Shown: positions 9,740 through 19,237 of the stretch, in pieces
How the letters are laid out: each line of letters opens with the position of its first letter
Position numbering within the stretch: the first letter of the stretch is position 1
Origin: an uncultured delta proteobacterium
GTDB lineage: Bacteria > Desulfobacterota > Syntrophia > Syntrophales > Smithellaceae
Direction: 5' to 3'
Assembly (NCBI GenBank): GCA_963753975.1
Contig: CAVWEH010000004.1
Span: 256,001 to 320,000, forward strand
Length of the DNA stretch: 64,000 bases
The notes under the pieces: model-generated
Told to the model about the DNA's origin: nothing
Databases searched by the model: none
What the model saw: only the letters and a program-made list of their open reading frames with translations
Position numbers and translations under genes: made by a program

Positions 9740-10840
9740 TTAATAAATAAACGTCTTAACTTCTTTCATAAACGAATATGTTGATATTTTTCCGTCTTTT
9801 GTGCGAATCTTTACGGTGTCACCCTTAAAACTGATTATTTGTCCTTCAAGGACATTCCCGTTCTGTAATTCTATTCCCTTTAGCCCCTCTATTACTTGAT
9901 AATGCTCTTCTGAATCCACTGGGCGATTTGTAACTGAGATATCCTTCTTGGGAACTTTTACTTTATCTTTGCGTAGTCGCGTACTGTTTTTGTCCTTCTT
10001 AAATTGATTTAAAAGGGCAATCACAGAATCAGCATCGCCCTCGTTATAAGTCTTCAGCAGTGAATCTCTCAAACGTCTTGGTTGTTTTTGTATCCACGCC
10101 ACAATTCTTCCTGAATCCCTTAAATTATCAAAGTCCGGATGAGCGCTTCTTATGGTATTAAGACGGTTTTCTTTAGCGATTCTTTCTAAATCTTCATTTG
10201 AGGTTGGACCAGTTGGCTGATCCGGTACCGGAGCTGGTGCAGGTGCCGGTTGAGCGACGGGTGCTTCGACTTCAGGAGTCGCTACCGATACCGGCTCTTT
10301 CATTTTGTTTAGGTTTGCAATTATGAACGGAATGCCGGCGAGTACGATAATAATTAATATATATATAATGACAGCTTTATAACTAGTTTTAGCTTTTGGC
10401 TTATTTTCTTCTATATGAGGTTTGCCAACTGCTCTTTGCTGTGGTGGTCGTCTCGAAGGAGTTTCTGCTTTTACCTTTTTTTCGTCTACGCGAGGTGTGC
10501 TAACTGTACTTTGCTGTGGTGATGGTCTCGAAAGAGTTTCTGCTTTTACCTTTTTTTCTTCCATGTGAAGTGTGCCAACTGCACTTTGCTGTGGTGACGG
10601 TCCCGAAAGGATTTCTGCTTTTACCTTTTTTTCTTCTATGGGAGGTGTGCTGACTACACTTTCCTGTGCTGATGGTCTCGGAGGTGGTTCCTCGGTCATC
10701 TTTGAAACTTCTCGCGGCGGAACTTTTTGTTCTGATATATCTTGTTTGGCAACTTTAACCGGGGGTAAGGTCATAGTGCAGTGCCAGCATTTTATTGCAT
10801 CATCTCGAAGCTCTCCATCACAGAATGGGCATATTTTCAT
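9740..10840 (-). CDS. Zinc-ribbon membrane-anchored hypothetical protein with four 25-aa repeats
   Basis: CPFC...CWHC N-terminus, tandem repeats, single TM helix. Confidence 0.8.
   Translation of the reverse strand: MKICPFCDGELRDDAIKCWHCTMTLPPVKVAKQDISEQKVPPREVSKMTEEPPPRPSAQESVVSTPPIEEKKVKAEILSGPSPQQSAVGTLHMEEKKVKAETLSRPSPQQSTVSTPRVDEKKVKAETPSRRPPQQRAVGKPHIEENKPKAKTSYKAVIIYILIIIVLAGIPFIIANLNKMKEPVSVATPEVEAPVAQPAPAPAPVPDQPTGPTSNEDLERIAKENRLNTIRSAHPDFDNLRDSGRIVAWIQKQPRRLRDSLLKTYNEGDADSVIALLNQFKKDKNSTRLRKDKVKVPKKDISVTNRPVDSEEHYQVIEGLKGIELQNGNVLEGQIISFKGDTVKIRTKDGKISTYSFMKEVKTFIY
10382..10681 (-). repeat. Intragenic tandem repeat, 4 x 75 bp
   Basis: Four diverged copies of a unit like SRPSPQQSTVSTPRVDEKKVKAETP. 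Confidence 0.85.
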
Positions 10841-11016
10841 AACTGTTCCTTAAAATTAATAAATTTAGTTTTCCAGATGTGTTGAACATCATTATAGCAC
10901 ATTATTTTTTTTTAAAAAAGGAGGGAAACAGAGAATCATTTATTACGGGTTGAAATATTGTGTTAATTTGAGTGTTGAGTGATGAATTGCCCCCGACCCA
11001 TAAGTTCCTCTGCCCA

Positions 11017-11163
11017 ATGAGATGGTTTTGATTATTCTGTAACAAGTCTAGAAAAAATAGAACCATCCCCAATTAATTTCTCTATCTGTTATCTGTTTCG
11101 CCTAGAAGTCTACAACTTTACGACATGAATAAAAATGAGGATTCCTGGTTGAAAGCTGTTAAC
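11017..11163. repeat. Dispersed repeat R1 copy 2
   Basis: aatgagatggttttgattattctgtaacaagtctagaaaaaatagaaccatcccc... Confidence 0.75.
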
Positions 11164-11247
11164 GACCTAACAATACCACAGCAATAATAATTAGACTTAA
11201 AGTTATCCTTTTCATTTTTCTTACCCTTTTTAAATTGTTTTTAAATG

Positions 11248-11631
11248 TTACCAGCGCGCTTTTTCCAAGATTTCTGAATATCGTTGAAATTCTTCATCCG
11301 TTAAGTAGACGGAGTCCCATCCAAACGGTGGCAGTTGTATTTTACTACCAAGCTTGAGCTTGCTGTAATAGTTCCTGTAATAGTTCCTCGTAGTCTTGAA
11401 TGAAGTAAACTTCTTACAGTCTCTGGAAGCGATCCCATTGGAGATGTTATCTTGAGCTTCTTTTGGGAGAAACGGAATAATGTCGACATCAACCTGAGCG
11501 ACCTGGCACTGCTTCGTGAGGAATTCGACGTCCTGTTTTGTCAGTTTTGTTGGCTCTCCGGCATATACAGTGGACAGTATCACGGTTACCAGCATAAAGG
11601 ATAATAACGCTGCAAAACTCATCTTTTTCAT
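11248..11631 (-). CDS. Hypothetical secreted protein
   Basis: GGAGG RBS, signal peptide ending VYA. Confidence 0.75.
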   Translation of the reverse strand: MKKMSFAALLSFMLVTVILSTVYAGEPTKLTKQDVEFLTKQCQVAQVDVDIIPFLPKEAQDNISNGIASRDCKKFTSFKTTRNYYRNYYSKLKLGSKIQLPPFGWDSVYLTDEEFQRYSEILEKARW

Positions 11632-11931
11632 TGTTCATTCCTCCGTTGGATAAATAAATAATAAACACGGCAGCGTTTCCTTGTCAAACGAAAAGGATTA
11701 AATAATTATTTGAAAATCGTGGCAACTTAATAATTCGGCATATTGCTAAACGGAAATGGTTTATGCAGATTCTGCATAAACAGAAAAATTATCTAATTCA
11801 AAAACTGATAATTTCTGTTGATTTCAAAAGAAAGCTACTGTAGCAACGGAACTGCTCGGCCTAACCCTTACAGGAAGAAAAGCTTACCGTTAACGCCTCC
11901 CAATTTCCTAAGAGGCAACTGCCGCTAAATT

Positions 11932-12672
11932 CTAATTTCTTAATTTACCATCATTCTTCTTCAGAAAAATTTCCCACAGGGCTTTGATCGTTTTATAGTC
12001 ATGCCCACCGTCAATGGTATAAACGCGGTCTTGTTGTAAAAGAGGCGCAAGTATTTGCGACCCGTTCTTATAAGTATCGTCGGCACCGTATCCCAAATAA
12101 ACTATTTTGGCAGGACTGTCGGCAATCGTTGTCTTTATCCAGTCCCACAGCATTCTCTGCCAATCTTCTTCGGCGTCGTAAGCCCCCGGGTTCCACTTTC
12201 GGACGCCGCCCGCGGCTTCAATTTCGGAAAGGATCGATTGTGAGCCGAGAAACGGAGCAATCAAGTAAACGCCAGCAATGTCCTGGGGCCGATCCTTGAG
12301 ATAAAGCATAGCTCCCAGTCCCCCCATCGAAACGCCGACCAGCCAGATTTTTTTATAGCCCCTGGCCCGGGCCGGGTCTATCACATCCTCTTTCAGCCGC
12401 ACAATCAAGTTGCGACGTATATAGTAGCCAAGATGAGCATTGGGAGCGACCATATCGAATGGTAAGCCGCGCGCCCAGACGTCGGCCACAAGCCCCTTTT
12501 CTTCGAAACTGCGATGAGATCCTCCTATGCCGCGCAAGAAGACAAACAGACGTTTGTTGGCCGCTGCCTTGTTGGGATTCTCATAGGTAAGCACATCCAT
12601 CGGAGCGGGGACGATCATGGCGCAGCCCGATAAAAAAGCAACAAGCATAACGGCCGCCAAGTATCTCATCAT
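11932..12672 (-). CDS. Alpha/beta hydrolase fold lipoprotein
   Basis: Lipobox LSGC, GVSMGG nucleophile elbow, GGHD; start moved to ATG at 12672. Confidence 0.85.
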   Translation of the reverse strand: MMRYLAAVMLVAFLSGCAMIVPAPMDVLTYENPNKAAANKRLFVFLRGIGGSHRSFEEKGLVADVWARGLPFDMVAPNAHLGYYIRRNLIVRLKEDVIDPARARGYKKIWLVGVSMGGLGAMLYLKDRPQDIAGVYLIAPFLGSQSILSEIEAAGGVRKWNPGAYDAEEDWQRMLWDWIKTTIADSPAKIVYLGYGADDTYKNGSQILAPLLQQDRVYTIDGGHDYKTIKALWEIFLKKNDGKLRN

Positions 12673-12718
12673 TTGTCTTGAGTATTGAGTGATGAATTGC
12701 CCTCCCCTGCTCCACATT

Positions 12719-12900
12719 AATGAGACCCAAATTTTAGAAGCGGAGCATGCTGAAATTTGTTGGACGAATTAATGAAACTCAAATGTTACAAACACAGTGC
12801 AGTAACATTTGTTAGTTGAATTATCCCGCCGCAGGCGGAGGAGATCGCAGATATCCGTGGTATCCCAGGAGCATAGTACCCTTAATAACCTGAAGGTCAC
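12719..12900. repeat. Hairpin repeat cluster (two B modules, one A half-module, taacctgaaggtcac)
   Basis: aatgagacccaaatttt...aaatttg and aatgaaactcaaatgttac...gtaacatttg. Confidence 0.75.
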
Positions 12901-13018
12901 CATGGGGGCATCTACGACGACGTGGGACTTGTACCTTATGTAATTTTCCCGATCCATAAGTCCTCTGCCCGATGACCCACTGCCGCTTTGGTATTTTTGC
13001 AACAAATGAGATCGCGTG

Positions 13019-13955
13019 TCAGTGCGGTTTTCGGCCGTCTTTTTTCATATTCAGCATTTCCTGCATAAGCTCGTCGATGTTCAGCCCCGGGGTATGACCG
13101 TATTCCTGAAGAAGAGCGGCATCGAACATTTCTTCCAGTTTCCGGAGTTGTTCCAGGGCGGTTTCATTCTGGCTGAAGGACTTATCCATCATCTCGACCA
13201 GGTTGTCCCCGGATTTTTTGAGATCGCTTAAATCGATATTCAGCGGCGTATGGGCGAACACCTTTTTCAAAAGATCGTAGCATGCTTTTGCGTTAAAATT
13301 CTGAATATACGGCGGGACTCCTGGCCGTGATGCCGGCCGCCTCGATACCCTCCCTGCCGGCCTGATTCAAAAGCATTGTGGAAAAGCTGCACGGCCCCGC
13401 GTAATTCAGAAACGGAAACGATTTGAATTCACTCTTCAACTCCGGACGGCTCAGCACGGCAAAGACCCGCGTTTCCCGGGTATGGGGCACCTGGTCGTAA
13501 ACGCCGCCCAGAGAATAAATTCTTGGAACCCGGTAGCGTTTGGCAATGCTCAGAATGGCTGACGCGTATTCCGGCCATTTCAGATTCGGTTCGGAACCTG
13601 TAAAAAGAATCAGGTCGTTCCCGGCGCCGCTCTTCCAGAAAAAGAATTCACTGGCGGGTTCGGCAAGCGACCTGATCAGGCCTTCTTCGATGACCGCATG
13701 GGGTCTCATGGTTTGCGCCGGATCAAAGCCCGGGACCTGCCAGATATGAAAACGCTGGGAATCGATGTGGGCGAACTTACGGGCATTAAGTTTGCGGCGC
13801 AGAAAGTCAATGCATCCGGTCGCAACCTCGCCCGCATTCAACCAGCCGCCTAAGCCGATCAGAATGTATGGATTTACAAGGTCGGGCGTATCCTGAAGAA
13901 TGAGACTGTCGTTCATAAGCGCTGCTATTATTGTTTGCCCGCTCTTTGCAGTCAA
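13019..13955 (-). pseudogene. PAC2 (proteasome assembly chaperone) family protein, frameshifted near 13318
   Basis: GLGGWLNAGEVAT, GSEPNLKW, SLGG...VPHTR; removing one base gives ...PPYIQNFNAKACYDLLKKVF, joining ORF 13019-13270. Confidence 0.8.
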
Positions 13956-13998
13956 GTATTATTTGTGGTACATATATATGGAAAGGTCATGGAGGAAA

Positions 13999-14682
13999 AT
14001 GCGTATGAAGATCACTGCTATTATCGGCAGTCCAAGAGGAACAAAAGGTGCTACTGGCAGGCTTATGGAAATCGTGATCGAGGGGGCCAAAAAACAGGGA
14101 GCCTCGACGGAAATTTTTGTCATCAAAGGAGGGGAAGTAAAGCCGTGCAGGGCCTGCGATATCTGTCACAGGGATGGCTTATGCCCGCAGAAGGATTCTT
14201 TTAGAGAGATAAAGGAAAGTATCAATAAGGCCGACGGTCTTATTCTGGCGAGTCCCAACTATATATTTCATGTCAGCGCTCAATTGAAAGCCTTCTTTGA
14301 CCGCTGCGCCAGTGCGCTTCATCTGCAGGAGTTTGAGGGAAAGTATGGCGCGGCAGTGGTCACGTCCGGCGGTGGCGATGAAGCGCCTGTAGCGGACTAC
14401 ATGCAGCATTTTCTCGCCACTGCAGGAGCCGTGCCTGTTGGCGCCGTCTGGGCGACGATGGGGCAGATACAGAATTATAATTTCCCGCAGGATGTAAGAG
14501 AAAAGGCTTTTGCCCTGGGCGAGAGGCTTGTTCATGCATGGAAGGCCAAGGAAAAGAATCCCACCTACGCGGAGGTTACACGGGCGTTCAATGAGCGCAT
14601 GCGTTCTCTGATGCTCTGGCGCAAAGAGGAATGGCCATATGAATACGAATACTGGAAGACGCACCGGGGATTGAAGGCTTGA
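13999..14682 (+). CDS. Flavodoxin-fold iron-sulfur flavoprotein (NADPH-dependent FMN reductase family)
   Basis: GSPRG, CRACDIC...CPQKD, LASPNY; GGAGG RBS before ATG 13999. Confidence 0.9.
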   Translation: MRMKITAIIGSPRGTKGATGRLMEIVIEGAKKQGASTEIFVIKGGEVKPCRACDICHRDGLCPQKDSFREIKESINKADGLILASPNYIFHVSAQLKAFFDRCASALHLQEFEGKYGAAVVTSGGGDEAPVADYMQHFLATAGAVPVGAVWATMGQIQNYNFPQDVREKAFALGERLVHAWKAKEKNPTYAEVTRAFNERMRSLMLWRKEEWPYEYEYWKTHRGLKA

Positions 14683-14761
14683 TGGCCGAAGACAGCATCA
14701 AACCAACTTGCCAAACCTCAACATCCCTGGCAATAAATGGAAATGTCCCTTTTTTCGAAAC

Positions 14762-14822
14762 AAATGAGATGGTTTTGATTATTCTGTAACTAGCCTAGAA
14801 AAAATAAAACCGTCCCTAATAT
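14762..14822. repeat. Dispersed repeat R1 copy 3, abutting the herA-like stop codon
   Basis: aaatgagatggttttgattattctgtaactagcctagaaaaaataaaaccgtccc. Confidence 0.75.
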
Positions 14823-14824
14823 TC

Positions 14825-16669
14825 TTACTTAAAGTTTGCAATATCACCATATACTTCCATAAATAAAGGTGAACCTGTAAAGGACAAAGGAGAAACCGGG
14901 CCAAAAAACATAAATGGGAATTTATTATTGCTGGCCGGGTCTATAAAAGATCGATACAGACTAATAGCAGATCCATTATTTATTAAATCACTAATTCTTC
15001 TTAAAGCTGGTCCAGAAGTCAATCCATAACCAAAACCGAAGATTCTCACCTGCTCCCAAATCTCTCTATCTAAAGATTCAATGGTTTGAGTTATAAACAT
15101 ATACCCGATACCATATTTCCTGGTTGTTCTTACGGAATCAATTATTTCTGTGGTTAGTTGGGCAATTTGGGAATCGGATGATTCTCTCGATATGAACCTG
15201 TGCGCCTCATCCATAACAATAAGACAATTTACCTTCTTGCCTTGCGCATAGAAATCTTCTCCTTTTTCTTTAATTTTGGATTCAATAATTTTGACAAACA
15301 TTGCCTGAAGATTCTCGCTTATTTCTCTTCCACCCTTTTCGCTCAAATCCAAAATGACAAAATTACCCTTCTTGTCCTCATCTGTTACGAGCCTGATAAT
15401 TGAATCTATGGACTCTTTTTTTTGGCCACTAGCTTTTCTATCTGCAAATAAGACCACCACCGGTTTCCAATACTTAACGTAAATTTCTTTCAGTTGAGTT
15501 TCGCTAGAAAGCAAAGACGTGAGATTATCAATAAGCTGATCTTTCCTCGCATTCTGAGTGTAAATCAAATTAATATATTTATTATACTCAATGTCTCTCC
15601 TCCCTCTTGCATTTTCTATTTCTCTTGTTTCTGTAAATTTTTCTAAAACGTCTTTCATGGCCTTGTAACTAAATTCATCGTCCCACATTTTCTTCAAGCT
15701 GAAACCACCCTTGCTAACTTCAGCGCGATTTTGTATGTAAATTGATACTGCTTCCGCAGCGTTATTTTCTCTATCACTCAAAATACTAAAACTCTTTTTA
15801 ATAAATTCACTTTTTTGAAGCAGAGAGCCAAATAAATCGAAAGCATCGGCAGGCAAAAACAAGTCCTCCAGAACTTTGTACTTATTATATTTCATCCCTA
15901 TTTTCTCTATCTCATCCTTGAGTTTTTTGTTTTTGGGAACAACTAGTTCGCTATCAATATAGAACTGTCCCTTGGGATCTAAGACGAGAATATTCATATT
16001 GTTTTTATTTTTTGCATATCCTAATAACATATAAACTGCTGTTACAGATTTGCCAGAACCAGTTTTTCCAAAGACCCCAATATGGTAAGCATCGCCCGCG
16101 CCAAACTCCTTATTTTTTTCGTCCGTTGCATCAAAGTGTTTAAACCAAAAGGGTAAATCAACGTCCGTACCATAAACACGTCCGATATATGTTATATGCA
16201 CTTCATTAGTTTTCATAAGGGCAGTCATAACTTCGTTATTCATTTTTTTCACTTTTTCTCCGGTGGAAGGCGAAGTTCCGAGAATATATCCTTTTGGTTC
16301 AGCCTGTCCTAAATCATAACAAGCTTGGACACTAATAGTAGCTATTCGATTGTCCGCAGCACCGCTTAAATGCGGCAATGTCCCATGTCGTTTTATAACG
16401 CCTTTAAAAGAAGGGTCTTCATGCCATCTATTTTCAGTTCTAATCGAAATTATTTGACCCATCACCAGAACATTGCGGGCATCTTCCTCGATAGCAACAT
16501 ACACCATTTGACCTAATGCCCTATCAGCCTTACTTTCTTCGGTTATATCAATAGTAATATCAATAGTCGTGCTGGGGGAACTAGTTATACCGATAACAGC
16601 TTTTTGCTGCTGAGCTTTGATGACTTCTAGAATATGATCACAAACTGACTTCTCTTGAGTACCACTCAT
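14825..16669 (-). CDS. herA: HerA/FtsK-family ATPase (DUF87) with N-terminal HAS-barrel-like region
   Basis: Walker A HIGVFGKTGSGKS, LVLDPKGQF, Walker B IVMDEAHRF, Arg finger RKYGIGYMFITQ. Confidence 0.88.
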   Translation of the reverse strand: MSGTQEKSVCDHILEVIKAQQQKAVIGITSSPSTTIDITIDITEESKADRALGQMVYVAIEEDARNVLVMGQIISIRTENRWHEDPSFKGVIKRHGTLPHLSGAADNRIATISVQACYDLGQAEPKGYILGTSPSTGEKVKKMNNEVMTALMKTNEVHITYIGRVYGTDVDLPFWFKHFDATDEKNKEFGAGDAYHIGVFGKTGSGKSVTAVYMLLGYAKNKNNMNILVLDPKGQFYIDSELVVPKNKKLKDEIEKIGMKYNKYKVLEDLFLPADAFDLFGSLLQKSEFIKKSFSILSDRENNAAEAVSIYIQNRAEVSKGGFSLKKMWDDEFSYKAMKDVLEKFTETREIENARGRRDIEYNKYINLIYTQNARKDQLIDNLTSLLSSETQLKEIYVKYWKPVVVLFADRKASGQKKESIDSIIRLVTDEDKKGNFVILDLSEKGGREISENLQAMFVKIIESKIKEKGEDFYAQGKKVNCLIVMDEAHRFISRESSDSQIAQLTTEIIDSVRTTRKYGIGYMFITQTIESLDREIWEQVRIFGFGYGLTSGPALRRISDLINNGSAISLYRSFIDPASNNKFPFMFFGPVSPLSFTGSPLFMEVYGDIANFK

Positions 16670-16687
16670 AATTCCCCCTATCTACAA

Positions 16688-17884
16688 CTATTTGGTTCGA
16701 TAGTTAAAAAGTAAATTAAACTTACCCTTATCAATTTTTAAGTCTGGTGATAATCGTACAGCTTCCTGTATAGCAAACATGCCAGTAGAAATGCCCTTAG
16801 CCATTATATCAACCAAGTACTGAGGATAAGGTTCCCTGATTTGAGGAAAAACAATTTGCTTCTTAATACTTAAAAGATATTTTTCTAGAATGGCTTTATC
16901 TAAAGCTGCTGCTTCCTTTAATTCAATACGATATGCTATACCATCAGCATAAGGCTTATAATAAGTAAAATATAGTTTTGATTTCTTGCCTTTTGTTGTT
17001 AATGGTTCAATGGCTTGCTTAAGAGCCTCATTCAGTTTGATCTTTTCGTCTATCTCTAAATTACAATTTATATGCAAATCGTTCCAAACCTTTTTTCTTT
17101 CTTCCGAACTTTGGCCGACCGAGAAAGGCGTCAAATATTCGTCCTCTTGAAGTTTTAAAGAAAAGAAAGTCCTATCATCTATTGTTATATTATGCTTCTT
17201 TAAGTAAGCATCGATGATATCCCTTGAGGAACTATATTTTACCAAAGCGATAATGTTTGGATCTCCGTTTAAAACCGAGTTAATTATGTCGGGAATATCA
17301 GGGATAATCTTTTTATAAGTTTCCCTTAAGAAATCACGCAAAGCATCAGCATACTCCTTGTCAGCCGTATTCTCATCTTTTGCTGACAGCATACTATTAA
17401 TCTTAAGGATAGGAGTAAAATGAGTACCATCCATGATTCTTATATCGTGCTTTGACGAGGCTAAGACACTTAGCTCCATCAAAAACATTACCCCTTGGGC
17501 GAGTCTAGCATTAGCTTCATTGTGTGATAAAACCGTTTGCCATTGATAATATTGATTTTTGTCTTTCCCCCAATCCTTAGATTCGTCTACCGTCAATCCT
17601 TCTACGCCAACCGCAACGGCTAAGAGTAAATCCGTACCTGTCATTCGCTCTAAAATAAAACTACCATCTACAGCGACAAGCGAAGTCGAAAAATCTGTAC
17701 CTGTTAATTTAATAATCTTGCCTGAGGTCTTAAGCTCAGCCATTCCGTTTTCAAGTGGCTCATCTTGAATATTAAACATCTTATTCATTTTATCCACCGT
17801 TAACGGCACATGCTCAAGAATCTTGGCCAGCAAGTCTTCAGGCAAATGTGCATAATTTCGGTTTCCCTCTTCAAAAGACGTCAT
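16688..17884 (-). CDS. nurA: NurA-family nuclease
   Basis: AVDGS, FLMEL, IMDGT and C-terminal PYPQYLVD motifs; adjacent to HerA. Confidence 0.82.
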   Translation of the reverse strand: MTSFEEGNRNYAHLPEDLLAKILEHVPLTVDKMNKMFNIQDEPLENGMAELKTSGKIIKLTGTDFSTSLVAVDGSFILERMTGTDLLLAVAVGVEGLTVDESKDWGKDKNQYYQWQTVLSHNEANARLAQGVMFLMELSVLASSKHDIRIMDGTHFTPILKINSMLSAKDENTADKEYADALRDFLRETYKKIIPDIPDIINSVLNGDPNIIALVKYSSSRDIIDAYLKKHNITIDDRTFFSLKLQEDEYLTPFSVGQSSEERKKVWNDLHINCNLEIDEKIKLNEALKQAIEPLTTKGKKSKLYFTYYKPYADGIAYRIELKEAAALDKAILEKYLLSIKKQIVFPQIREPYPQYLVDIMAKGISTGMFAIQEAVRLSPDLKIDKGKFNLLFNYRTK

Positions 17885-17885
17885 A

Positions 17886-19046
17886 TTATTTTACCGCTCG
17901 CAATTTTTTAGGTTTGTCAATTTTTGAACTAACATCCTCAAAAAAACATAAAGCATTAAAATTTTTATATGTTAAATCCTTCTCACTTTTTGGTATTGCC
18001 CATCTTTGTTTCCAATAGGCTGTTAAGTCATCAATAGTATGATGATACCATTTAGGTCTTGCATTCTTTTTGATTACGTCAGATAAGTTTTTCACAAAAG
18101 GAAAGAGATACACAGCTCTCCTTATACCATGTGTTGAGCCATTTTCGAAGCCTAACAGATTTAAAGCTTGTGATATCAACCGCAACTTCCTAGAAGGACC
18201 ACTACCGTAACCTCTTCGTACATCATATCCTTTTGAATCTAAGAACATTACTAGTTTATCAAATATATCATTTGAAATATGAAACGAGCCGCTTCCATGT
18301 GAATAGCCAATAAATTTTGCAACATATTCTGTGTTATATTTCAGGCGTGTATAAACACTGCTTTTCCCATATGCACCTGTTGTTGTTATGAATAGTAGTC
18401 TGGGTGGCAAATCTCTTTTTTGCAGAACTGTTTGGACATCAGCATATTTTTGTGCATATTTTCGTCTTATTAAATCAGCGCCTACAAGGTAGGCTACTAA
18501 TTTACCGCCCAATATACTATTATATGGCGGTACGGCACCTAGGCGCTGTGCGCTTAAAGACTGATTAACCCAGTAATCTCGAGTATCCGCAGGAATACCT
18601 AAATGTTTGTCTCTGACACTCCAGCTTAAAATTGGACTTTGCAGTCCAATTAATCCAATAATTGATTTGTGATGTTGATCCCATACTATATAACGCATTT
18701 GCCTTCCATAAGCACGTTCATATGGCAAGCTCCACCAAACGAGATTCCACCACCGGAACAAAACTTCCCATTCTGTATCTGGCAATACCTCTATAAGACG
18801 TGGTTTAATTTTTCGTACGTCTATATTGTTACCATCAATCAAGTATTTTTTAGCTATTTTAGTACTTCTTGAAATGAAATCTTTTCGTTTCTCAATACGT
18901 TCTTCTTTTGCCAAATCATGGACCGAGCGCTTTGTATCGTGATCCATAACAGCTAACGAAAATTGATTTTTTTTAACTTCATATCCTTGTTTTTTAAGTA
19001 TCTTTCTAATCTCTTTTTTTAATTTTGCTTGATCAATAGTTTTCAT
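17886..19046 (-). CDS. DUF4338 / Druantia DruA-like protein
   Basis: WSLPYERAYGRQMRYIVWD...IGLIGL, RD, LGAVPPYNSILGGKLVA, ITTTGAYGKSSVYTRL, GSGSFH. Confidence 0.82.
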   Translation of the reverse strand: MKTIDQAKLKKEIRKILKKQGYEVKKNQFSLAVMDHDTKRSVHDLAKEERIEKRKDFISRSTKIAKKYLIDGNNIDVRKIKPRLIEVLPDTEWEVLFRWWNLVWWSLPYERAYGRQMRYIVWDQHHKSIIGLIGLQSPILSWSVRDKHLGIPADTRDYWVNQSLSAQRLGAVPPYNSILGGKLVAYLVGADLIRRKYAQKYADVQTVLQKRDLPPRLLFITTTGAYGKSSVYTRLKYNTEYVAKFIGYSHGSGSFHISNDIFDKLVMFLDSKGYDVRRGYGSGPSRKLRLISQALNLLGFENGSTHGIRRAVYLFPFVKNLSDVIKKNARPKWYHHTIDDLTAYWKQRWAIPKSEKDLTYKNFNALCFFEDVSSKIDKPKKLRAVK

Positions 19047-19237
19047 GATTGAAGTGATTTAAGACAATCGTATTATTTACTTATGTAGGATACTAAGGAC
19101 AGCGCCCAATTACTAAATTGGAGCTTTGCGAATATTACGCTTTCTTAAAAAAAGCGCAAGAAAAAACATGTAGTTGAATAAGACAGAGGCGAGGGGCACG
19201 TAGCACGGGACAAGCGCAAATACCCGCGGAAGAAAAT

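Noticed and set aside
11840..11930. Possible c-di-GMP riboswitch
   Set aside because: Only a gcggcagttgcc-like fragment is present; GNRA loop and receptor elements not found
9441..14822. Integron attC sites
   Set aside because: No RYYYAAC/GTTRRRY core sites at the palindrome ends and no integrase in the window
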